64,000 bases of DNA from NCBI GenBank assembly GCA_002724555.1, contig PBOZ01000039.1, forward strand, positions 16,229 to 80,228, written 5' to 3'. The notes beneath the pieces are model-generated. The model had not been told where the DNA came from. It ran no database searches and saw nothing but the letters and a program-made list of their open reading frames with translations. Shown here one piece after another: positions 10,126 to 18,206 of this stretch; positions within the stretch are counted from its first letter, which is position 1; each line of letters starts with the position of its first letter. The stretch is from Rickettsiales bacterium (GTDB lineage: Bacteria; Pseudomonadota; Alphaproteobacteria; UBA8366). Position numbers and translations under genes: made by a program.

Positions 10126-10986
10126 TCAATACGGAGCTTCCACACCCTCTTCGCTAATGCGCTTATTCTGCCATTCGGTCCCCTTGAAATAGACTTGTCG
10201 CTGCATCTCTTCAGCTTTTTGATGAAAAGCCACAGCCACTGGGTCAAGGTCGCATTGCGGGATCGGCTCGTGTTCAAAATTCCCATACTTGTCTTCACCT
10301 CGCACCATAGCCGCGCTGTCCCAGGAAGCCAAAACCTGGCGTGTTTCCGGTGGGATGTAACGCAAGACGACCCCGATCCGCCGATCGTCACTTAGGTTCG
10401 GGTACGACGCGTGTGCAATTGAGTAGTCAAAGAGCGCTGCTTCACCGGTTTTCAGTTCAATGTTCACCGCTTGGCTCTCATCGACATCCATAATCGTCTG
10501 TCCGCGCGTTAACATATTGTGCTCGGCACGTGTATCGACATGCGGCATCGGCGGCTTTAAATGACTACCCGGCAACATCCGCATGCATCCGCTCTCAATG
10601 GTTGCTGGCGACAGAGCTATCCAGACACTCACCAGGTCTTTTGTATCGAGGCCCCAATAATTGTTATCCTGGTGCCAGGAAACATAACTTGGGCTCTGCG
10701 GTTCTTTTATAAACCAGTGTGTTGTCCAGCAAAGAATATTCGGCCCAATCACATCCTCGACAGCATCGAGGATGTGGGGTGCGCGCACCAGGTCGGCAAG
10801 CCATTTGAACAGTAAGTGGGTTTTAAACCGATACGCCCCTCGCAGGGATCCACCATTCGCAGCCTCAAAATTCTCCAACTGGCAGCGGTAATCGGCTGCC
10901 TCGTCCGCCGTGACGCCGGGGATGGGGAAATGAAATCCAAACCGCTTCAAGTTTCCTATTGTTTCGTCATTCAACGCTTTCGGCAT
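10126..10986 (-). CDS. Phytanoyl-CoA dioxygenase (PhyH) family Fe(II)/2-oxoglutarate oxygenase
   Basis: SWHQDNNYWG (HxD iron ligands) and PhyH-like overall sequence. ATG 10986 has an AAGGAA RBS and lies 11 nt after the upstream stop. The track start at 11061 would overlap the upstream gene. Confidence 0.85.
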   Translation of the reverse strand: MPKALNDETIGNLKRFGFHFPIPGVTADEAADYRCQLENFEAANGGSLRGAYRFKTHLLFKWLADLVRAPHILDAVEDVIGPNILCWTTHWFIKEPQSPSYVSWHQDNNYWGLDTKDLVSVWIALSPATIESGCMRMLPGSHLKPPMPHVDTRAEHNMLTRGQTIMDVDESQAVNIELKTGEAALFDYSIAHASYPNLSDDRRIGVVLRYIPPETRQVLASWDSAAMVRGEDKYGNFEHEPIPQCDLDPVAVAFHQKAEEMQRQVYFKGTEWQNKRISEEGVEAPY

Positions 10987-10996
10987 CGGTTGTTCC

Positions 10997-11515
10997 TTAT
11001 TCCGCCGCGTCCTGTACCAACGTCCCGGTGAGACTTTCCATCGCGTGGCTTTCTGGCTCAATGCCGAACATATTGTTGAAGATGTTCATCCCATGCAACG
11101 TAGCAATGGTAAATCCGATCTCGACAAGCTGCGCGTCGTCAAAAAACTCCCTCATTTTTTCAAACAACGCGTCCGCATTATCGGTCTCATTCTGGGACAT
11201 TGCAGTAGCAAAACGCAAAACTGCCCGTTCTCGCGGTGTAAAAATTGAATGATCAGGATTTTGAACTTCAGCTAACTTCTCTTCTGTCATACCGGCATGC
11301 CGACCCGCGGCATAGCGATAGTTAAGTCAATATCGGCATTCGTTGATGGTTGCGCAGCGAATCCGTATAAGCTCTTTGATGCTGGCATCAACCCGATCAC
11401 TTAACCAGATACGCTCATAAAAGGTGTTTAACCCCTCAAGCAATTCTGGACAATTGCCCCGAACCCTTTGGCTGTTCGGCAGCTCTTCGGATCCAGAAAG
11501 TTTTACATGCGGCAT
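10997..11515 (-). CDS. Carboxymuconolactone decarboxylase/AhpD-like family protein with in-frame UGA at the CxxC position (candidate selenoprotein, CRYU)
   Basis: Track ORFs 11327-11581 and 10997-11290 share one frame. Reading through the TGA at 11327-11329 gives MPHVKLSGSEELP...IRCATINECRY[UGA]LNYRYAAGRHAGMTEEKLAEV... with no other stop. GGAGAGGG lies upstream of ATG 11515. A nonsense pseudogene is the alternative explanation. Confidence 0.6.
11290..11320 (-). promoter_or_regulatory. SECIS-like mRNA stem-loop immediately downstream of the in-frame UGA
   Basis: The mRNA reads UAUCGCUAUGCCG-CGGGU-CGGCAUGCCGGUA. It has 13 paired positions (perfect 6-bp upper stem, one C.C mismatch, two G.U pairs) and a 5-nt G-rich loop. 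It starts 6 nt after the UGA. Confidence 0.45.
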
Positions 11516-11705
11516 TCTTTGTAGCCCTCTCCAACTTGCAAACACACAAATAACCATATGCCATTTTCTTCGAATTCGCACCTTAGATATAGGGCGATTA
11601 AGCTGGACATCCCCTCTTTTTGGTCGTTAACCCTTCCTCACAAATTTAAAGCAGGAATTCTATGCAGAACATGATCGCTATTATTTACCTCAGAGTGACA
11701 CCCTG

Positions 11706-12902
11706 ATGACCGGCCGCTTATGGTTCATGTTCGCTTGTGGTTTCGTCATTGTCCTGATTGGGAACGGATTACGGCAGATATTTGGAGTTTTTCAAATCGA
11801 TGTCACTCAAGAGTTGGCGATAGGTTTTGGCTCGTTTGGCCTCGTTATTGGGATACAGGCGCTAATCCTCGGGATCGCACAACCAGCCTCTGGCCTTCTT
11901 GCTGATAAATACGGGTCCGTGCGGGTCATCGTTGGAGGCGCTCTGATTTATGCGCTAGGACTGTGGTGGGCAAGCCTGAGCACATCGTCTTGGGAGCTGG
12001 CAATTTCACTTGGCGTCATTGTCGGTTTAGGCCTAACCGGACCAACGCAAGTTCTGGTACTCGGCGCAATTGGAAAAGTCGTACCGGATAATCGCCGTTC
12101 CTTCGTATTTGGCTCTATAATTGCCTCAACATCACTCGGCGGTGCACTGCTGATCCCAATCGTTTTTCAACTAATTCAGTCCTTCGATTGGCGAACTGCT
12201 TTTGCCATAGCGGCACTTGTAATAGCGCTTCTTCCTATCATCTCGTTGGGCCTTTACAATAAAAACAAATTAGTTGGTAAGTGCTCCAACCAGTCAATTC
12301 GTGAAGCGATAACAGAGGCCAAATCCCATCCTGGCTTTATTTTTCTCACCCTGGGGTTTTTTGTCTGCGGATTTCATGTGACTTTTATTGGAACGCACCT
12401 CCCAGCCTTTCTCACAGATGGCGGTCTATCGCCCAAGTTTGCTGCCGACGCCTTATCGATAGTGCTCTTTTGCAATGTTATTGGAGCATTATTGTTCGGC
12501 ACTCTCGGCGACTACTTTAGCAAGAAGAACTTGCTGACGTTACTCTACGCCGCCAGAGCCGCCCTCATGTTAGCAATGCTCTTAGCCCCAGTAGACGAGG
12601 TAACAACGATATTCTTCTGCGTCACAATGGGCTTCCTATGGCTTTCAACCGTTCCATTGACCAGTGGTCTAGTTGCGCAAATTTTCGGAACACAATACTT
12701 CTCTATGCTTTTCGGAATTGTTTTCATGAGCCACCAAATAGGCGGGTTTTTTGGTGCATGGTTGGCTGGTTACATATTTGACACAACAGGTTCTTACAAC
12801 TTGATGTGGGCTGCGGCGGCCTGCCTCGGCGTCGTCTCAGCATTACTCCATTGGCCAATCCGTGAACAGCCACTGGAACGGCTGACCGCACAAACTGGTT
12901 AA
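11706..12902 (+). CDS. MFS transporter
   Basis: 398 aa with a multi-helix hydrophobic profile and the loop motif GLLADKYGSVRV. Confidence 0.85.
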   Translation: MTGRLWFMFACGFVIVLIGNGLRQIFGVFQIDVTQELAIGFGSFGLVIGIQALILGIAQPASGLLADKYGSVRVIVGGALIYALGLWWASLSTSSWELAISLGVIVGLGLTGPTQVLVLGAIGKVVPDNRRSFVFGSIIASTSLGGALLIPIVFQLIQSFDWRTAFAIAALVIALLPIISLGLYNKNKLVGKCSNQSIREAITEAKSHPGFIFLTLGFFVCGFHVTFIGTHLPAFLTDGGLSPKFAADALSIVLFCNVIGALLFGTLGDYFSKKNLLTLLYAARAALMLAMLLAPVDEVTTIFFCVTMGFLWLSTVPLTSGLVAQIFGTQYFSMLFGIVFMSHQIGGFFGAWLAGYIFDTTGSYNLMWAAAACLGVVSALLHWPIREQPLERLTAQTG

Positions 12903-12969
12903 CCGAATTGCCAACTGAACCGAATCGACTAATTGCTTAAACAATCAGTTTCAAAATTGATCGATAGAA

Positions 12970-14607
12970 ATGGCGCAGATTGAGAATTACGATTATGTCA
13001 TCGTGGGCGCTGGCTCCGCAGGTTGCACGATCGCAAACCGGCTTAGCGAAGACGAACGGGCACGAGTTCTTTTGCTTGAAGCCGGTGGCTTCGATCACGA
13101 TCCAATAATTCATGTGCCGATCGGCTGGGGACGCATCCTATTTAAGCGGCTCCATGATTGGGGTTATTTCTTTGAACCGGAGCCACATCTCGAAAACCGC
13201 ACGATCGAATGTGCCCGTGGGAAGGTAATGGGCGGGTCTTCCTCGATCAACGCCATGGCTTATGTCCGTTGCCACCCACTTGACTTCGACCGATGGGCGG
13301 GAAATGGCTGCACCGGGTGGTCCTTTGCCGAGATGCTTCCATATTTCAAACGCCAGGAGGACTGGGAGGAAGGTGCTAACGATTACCGAGGAGCGGGCGG
13401 CCCGCTAACCACGACGCAAAACCGATACCCCGACCCTCTGGTCGATGCCTGGATCAATGCGGGCGCCCAAGCCGGCTACGGCTTTACCAATGATTACAAC
13501 GGTGCGAATACGGATGGCTTCTGCATTATGCAGTCAACCGTGCGCCGGGGTCTCAGATGCAGCGCTTCCATGGCCTATCTTCGACCGGCCATGCAACGCC
13601 CAAACCTGACGGTGAGTACAAAATCTTTGGCCGTAGAGATCATTATGGAAGGTAAGCGCGCCATTGGTATCAAATATGCTCATCGAGGCAAACCTTATGA
13701 GGCATACGCGGCGGGTGAAGTCATCCTGTGCGGCGGAGTAATAAATTCACCACATATTCTGATGCTATCCGGAATTGGGTCGGCAGATGAATTGGCGGAG
13801 CACGACATAGACTGTAAAGTCAAACTACCGAATATTGGTAAAAATTTACAAGACCATCTTTCTGTCGGAGTCGAATACGAACGTAAAGAAGACGGGCCCT
13901 TTGTTAACGTCCTCCGATCCGACAAGCTCCTGGCGGCAATGGCGCGGGCCTACATCTTTGGGGATGGATTTGCTACAGCCATGCCAGGACCGGTCATGGC
14001 GTTTTTGAAAAGTGATCCCTCACTTTTGCAGCCGAATATCCAGTTCTTAACGCGTTTCGTGCCGCCCGAATCACAACCTTGGTTTCCAGGCTATAAATCT
14101 CGCCCCAAGGACGCTTTTATGTGCCGCCCAGTGATCCTGCATCCGGAAAGCCGCGGCTATGTGAAACTGAATTCCTCTAACCCGGCGGACCCGATAGCCA
14201 TTCACGGTAACTTTCTCAGCACCCAAACGGACCGTGATACTTTACGAAGCGGATTCGAGATGGTTCGAGACGTTGCGAGCCAGAAACCCCTCGATCCATT
14301 TCGCGGTGTTGAAACCAATCCTGGTCCCGATTGCAGGACTCCCGCGCAAATTGACGCCTTTATCCGTAAAACCGCCTGGACGGTCCATCACCCACTCGGC
14401 ACCTGTAAAATGGGCGCAGAAAATGACGAAACAGCGGTCGTCGATCCGAAGCTCCGGGTGCGAGGCGTCGAAAACCTCCGGGTAGTTGACGCTTCGGTGA
14501 TGCCAGATATGCCAGGCGGAAACATCAACTCACCCGTAATTGCTATAGCCGAACGCGCGGCTGACCTGATCCAGGGTAATCAGCCGTTGGCAGCGGCCAC
14601 CTTCTAA
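12970..14607 (+). CDS. GMC-family FAD oxidoreductase (choline-dehydrogenase-like)
   Basis: N-terminal YDYVIVGAGSAGCTIANRLSED, GMC signature GKVMGGSSSINAMAY, and C-terminal HPLGTCKMG. Confidence 0.9.
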   Translation: MAQIENYDYVIVGAGSAGCTIANRLSEDERARVLLLEAGGFDHDPIIHVPIGWGRILFKRLHDWGYFFEPEPHLENRTIECARGKVMGGSSSINAMAYVRCHPLDFDRWAGNGCTGWSFAEMLPYFKRQEDWEEGANDYRGAGGPLTTTQNRYPDPLVDAWINAGAQAGYGFTNDYNGANTDGFCIMQSTVRRGLRCSASMAYLRPAMQRPNLTVSTKSLAVEIIMEGKRAIGIKYAHRGKPYEAYAAGEVILCGGVINSPHILMLSGIGSADELAEHDIDCKVKLPNIGKNLQDHLSVGVEYERKEDGPFVNVLRSDKLLAAMARAYIFGDGFATAMPGPVMAFLKSDPSLLQPNIQFLTRFVPPESQPWFPGYKSRPKDAFMCRPVILHPESRGYVKLNSSNPADPIAIHGNFLSTQTDRDTLRSGFEMVRDVASQKPLDPFRGVETNPGPDCRTPAQIDAFIRKTAWTVHHPLGTCKMGAENDETAVVDPKLRVRGVENLRVVDASVMPDMPGGNINSPVIAIAERAADLIQGNQPLAAATF

Positions 14608-15250
14608 CCCACCTGTAAAGTGTGGTACGTATTTTTTTTAGCAAAAACAGAACCGTTTCCCAAATCTCGCACCGCAAGTGATGTTCAAATTCGAAACCTA
14701 ACTCGCACGAATGTTTCTCCAGAGCTATTTCGGTTATCGGCTACGCCATAACTATGTTCGACCAATTAACAGTGGCCATCTGGCCCGCACCCTATTGTGA
14801 ATATCGGACTAGTTGCGCCTTACGTTGGTTTCTTACTCCCAATCGGAAGTAACAGGGGAACAATCCACTGCCAAAACATTGCGCCTTGAAAATATCGTCC
14901 ATATGCCCATCGTCAATTTATCAGCTTTGTCTAGTCACCGAAGAGCTAAGATGAAGGAAATTGTCTTTTTAGGAGCGCGGAAAGCCGAGTTAATTGAATT
15001 CTCGGAATCCGAACCTGCACTTACAACGTCGGGAGTAAGCCGCGTCAACAGACTTAATAGTGGCGGCCAGAAACCATGCGGCATCGTCGACGCTGTCGCC
15101 TCCGAAAGAAAGATCGACCCCGACAGCTTCTTTAAACAGAAATGGCAACTTTAGGATGCGCGCGAAGCCTACCAACTTTTCGATAAAAAGAAGGCCGGCA
15201 ACGGGGTTTTCCCGCCCGCATCGGGCCCAACCATCAAAAGGAATAAGGAA

Positions 15251-16132
15251 ATGGAACTAGGATACGTCGGACTAGGTGCAATGGGGGGTGCATTAGCGCG
15301 CCGGTTAATGTTGTCGCACAAGCTGCGCGTCCTAGACCTCCGCCCGGAAGTCATCACAGAGTTCACCGATAACGGAGCCATCCCGGCACAAGACGGCGCA
15401 TCACTGGCACGCGAGTGCGACATTATCATCTTGTGTTTACCGCGCTCAGCGGACGTTCGAGAGGCCATCTTTGGGCCAGGAGGTCTCGCCGAGGGGCTGG
15501 ATTCCGGAAAGATTATCATCGATCAGACATCGGGCAATCCGGACGAAACCCGCGCCATGGCAGCTGAATTGGCGGAAAAGGGTATAACTATGATCGACGC
15601 CCCCGTGTCGGGTGGTCCTGCTGGAGCGGATGCCGGCACAATTGCTATTATGGTCGGTGGTTCTGCCGAAAACTTTGACAAAGTTAGACCTTATCTCGAG
15701 TCGATTAGTCCCAACGTCATGCATTGCGGTGATATCGGCAACGGCCACGTAGTCAAATTAGTCAACAACACGATGGCCGCCTGTAATCGCCTGGCAATGC
15801 TTGAAGCGGTAGCCATGGGCCGAAAATATGGTCTGTCGCTCGAAGTCATGAACGATGTGATAAACAAGTCGTCTGGACGCAGCGGTGCCTCCGAACGAGG
15901 CCTCCCCGCCATGATCGAAGGTGTTCCAAGTTCAAATTTTGCGATGGCGCTAATGCTTAAGGATGTCACGCTGGCGACGCAACTCGGCATAAATTGCGGC
16001 GCACCAATGTTGTTGCATAATATCGCCCGTGGGATGTTACAGAACGGCCTCCACCTCTGCGGTCCTGAAGCCAATACGGACGACACCGCCGAATTAGTTG
16101 AAGCCATGGCGGATATGAAATTTCGGGAATAA
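15251..16132 (+). CDS. NAD(P)-dependent beta-hydroxyacid dehydrogenase (3-hydroxyisobutyrate/tartronate-semialdehyde reductase family)
   Basis: Rossmann start GYVGLGAMGGALARRL, DAPVSGG motif and KLVNN motif. AAGGAA RBS lies upstream. Confidence 0.88.
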   Translation: MELGYVGLGAMGGALARRLMLSHKLRVLDLRPEVITEFTDNGAIPAQDGASLARECDIIILCLPRSADVREAIFGPGGLAEGLDSGKIIIDQTSGNPDETRAMAAELAEKGITMIDAPVSGGPAGADAGTIAIMVGGSAENFDKVRPYLESISPNVMHCGDIGNGHVVKLVNNTMAACNRLAMLEAVAMGRKYGLSLEVMNDVINKSSGRSGASERGLPAMIEGVPSSNFAMALMLKDVTLATQLGINCGAPMLLHNIARGMLQNGLHLCGPEANTDDTAELVEAMADMKFRE

Positions 16133-16495
16133 GGCCACTTAATCAATGCCCTTCATAGGCATAGGCCAAGGCTACAGATAAAGGCGTCGGATCCTATGGA
16201 AGTCTACAAAGGTAACTCACAAACCGCATCACCATCGCTAAATTATTGGTGACTCAGAGAGCCATATGTCAATTTCTCGATACCCGTGCCTTCGTAGCTA
16301 AGCGATCCAGTGGCAGCGTGTTCCCAATTGATTGTTTCAACGGAATATCCGCCATAATCCCACGCAACTGGCCCTAAACTTGATATTCGAAATCTAGCTT
16401 TAGAGCTTTTCACCTGATAGAGCGCATACCTAAAACCTGATCAAGTCTGATGCCATCATTTGCGCAACTATCGCTTTCTTCGATATGGCCAACCT

Positions 16496-17653
16496 CTAAT
16501 TCACATATTGCCTCAGGACTTCCTGGGCAAGCGACATGCGTAAAATTTCCTCCGGACCTTCCGTAATCATCATCGACCGCATGTCGCGCCAAAGTTTTTC
16601 CACAGGCAAGTCCGTCGTTAGGCCCATGCCGCCAAAAATCTGCAAACAACGATCCGCCGCCTCATATCCTTTACGGTCACCGAGAAATTTACAGAGATAG
16701 GAATCCCAACGAATGTCACCACCAGCATCGAACTTCGCCGCTGCGTTATAAATAAGAGGCCGCATAGTCCGGAGGTCGGCGTAGATGTCGACCATTGGCC
16801 ATTGAATAGCCTGGCGGTCCGCAAGAGGATGCCCAAAAGTTTTACGCTGTTGCGCGTAGTTCGCACTCATCTCGAGGCAACGTTCCATTACACCAAGTGC
16901 TCCCGCACCGTGGCGGATACGACCTATTGTGATCCAATGCTGTGCCATCTTAAACCCATCACCCTCATTGCCAATTAGGTTCGCAACTGGCACACGCGCG
17001 TCGTCGAAGGCAATCTCACAGGGCTGGTCGTCCATCATTGTCTCCTGCCGGCGTAAGACCGATACACCAGGTGTATTCGCGTCGACCAAAATACAAGAAA
17101 CACGACGCGTGTCTTTCTCCAAAGCAGTTACACATGTCACTTTAAAGAAGTCGGCATCATCACCACTGGTGATGAAGCGTTTCATACCATTGATCACAAA
17201 ATCATCACCGTCACGAACGGCAGATGTGCGAATGGCACCCGCGTCCCCACCCGCATCCGGTTCCGTTTGCGCAAAAGCATGCTTTTTTTCGCCCCTAATG
17301 ACCGGATAAAGATACTTCTCCCGTTGCTCCTCATTCAAATAGTCAACGAGGATTGGGCTCAAATCATGGCCAAAAACCCAGGGCTTACGTCGTGGAAACG
17401 CAATTGTCCGGCCAATTTCCTCCCAAACCACAACTCGAGCCAGAAGACCAAGGCCCATTCCGCCAAATTCTTCCGGCAAATCGATCTGCCATATCCCAAG
17501 TTCCTTGGCCCGAGTTTCCCATTTTTCTCGGAATTCAGGCTTAAGATCAGGCCCCTCCCAAGACTCTCGTTCATACGGAATAACTTCATTATCAATGAAA
17601 CGGCGCAACGTGTCGCGCATCAGCCGCAATTCTTCGGGAAGTTCTAATTCCAT
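16496..17653 (-). CDS. Acyl-CoA dehydrogenase family protein
   Basis: ACAD-like sequence throughout (LPEELRLMRDTLRRF..., QIFGGMGLTTDLPVEKLWRDMR). The ATG at 17653 is preferred to the track start at 17701. Confidence 0.88.
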   Translation of the reverse strand: MELELPEELRLMRDTLRRFIDNEVIPYERESWEGPDLKPEFREKWETRAKELGIWQIDLPEEFGGMGLGLLARVVVWEEIGRTIAFPRRKPWVFGHDLSPILVDYLNEEQREKYLYPVIRGEKKHAFAQTEPDAGGDAGAIRTSAVRDGDDFVINGMKRFITSGDDADFFKVTCVTALEKDTRRVSCILVDANTPGVSVLRRQETMMDDQPCEIAFDDARVPVANLIGNEGDGFKMAQHWITIGRIRHGAGALGVMERCLEMSANYAQQRKTFGHPLADRQAIQWPMVDIYADLRTMRPLIYNAAAKFDAGGDIRWDSYLCKFLGDRKGYEAADRCLQIFGGMGLTTDLPVEKLWRDMRSMMITEGPEEILRMSLAQEVLRQYVN

Positions 17654-17784
17654 AATTCGGCATCCAGGTCCTTTTGGTTCTCGATTGAGGTAGCAGCCCA
17701 AATGACATTGTCGACATGATGCGACTCGTCAAATGCCCGAATGCCATTACCTCACTGACTAGTGCAATATAAGGAGTACCGGTA

Positions 17785-18190
17785 ATGGATTTCGATTGCG
17801 AATGCGTAAAATTGGAACAGCATGACGGTATCTCATGGTTGTATATGCACCATCCTGAGAAAAAGAACTCAATCAGCCCGCAGCTTCACTATGAAATGCA
17901 CGAAGCCTTAACGCGTTTCGATGCCGAAGACATACCCTTCAGCCCTATCCTTACGCTCGACGAGACGATGGAAGATAAGCAAGTACAGCACCTAGAAACC
18001 TTCTATCGGACCTCACATCCAATCGCGAGTGATCTCACTCTAATTCGTCGCCGGATTCATATAGATGGCTCACGTAAAAATCAGCCGCTCGAACCGCCAT
18101 TAACATTGGGCGAGAACACTTAAGAAGTTTTAAGCGAACTTGGCTACGCCTACAAGATTGGAGAGCGTAGGGCGAAGGGAATTATTAAGG
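17785..18190 (+). pseudogene. Deletion chimera: enoyl-CoA hydratase N-terminal stub fused to the C-terminal ~85 aa of a family III (CaiB/BaiF) CoA-transferase, with an in-frame stop
   Basis: Residues 1-48 (VKLEQHDGISWLYMHHPEKKNSISPQLHYEMHEALTRFDAED) look crotonase-like. From about 17929 the sequence IPFSPILTLDETMEDKQVQ...PPLTLGENT[TAA]EVLSELGYAY...GII matches the CoA-transferase C-terminus. TAA at 18121-18123 interrupts the LGEHT-EEVL motif. Confidence 0.55.
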
Positions 18191-18206
18191 AACTGGGGAC
18201 CAATAA

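Noticed and set aside
10997-11581. The alternative reading of the track's two ORFs as two separate small genes (84 aa and 97 aa).
   Set aside because: Neither half would be a complete CMD/AhpD domain. They are in the same frame, and the break falls at the catalytic Cys codon. Read-through (Sec) or a single nonsense pseudogene explains the data better. The 84-aa ORF's first 22 codons also lack support compared with ATG 11515.
16243-16440. Start-less 65-codon open frame on the minus strand (…YALYQVKSSKARFRISSLGPVAWDYGGYSVETINWEHAATGSLSYEGTGIEKLTYGSLSHQ*) in the 360-bp gap after the hydroxyacid dehydrogenase.
   Set aside because: It has no start codon or RBS, and I cannot assign it to any family. 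It might be another gene remnant, but the evidence is too thin to call.
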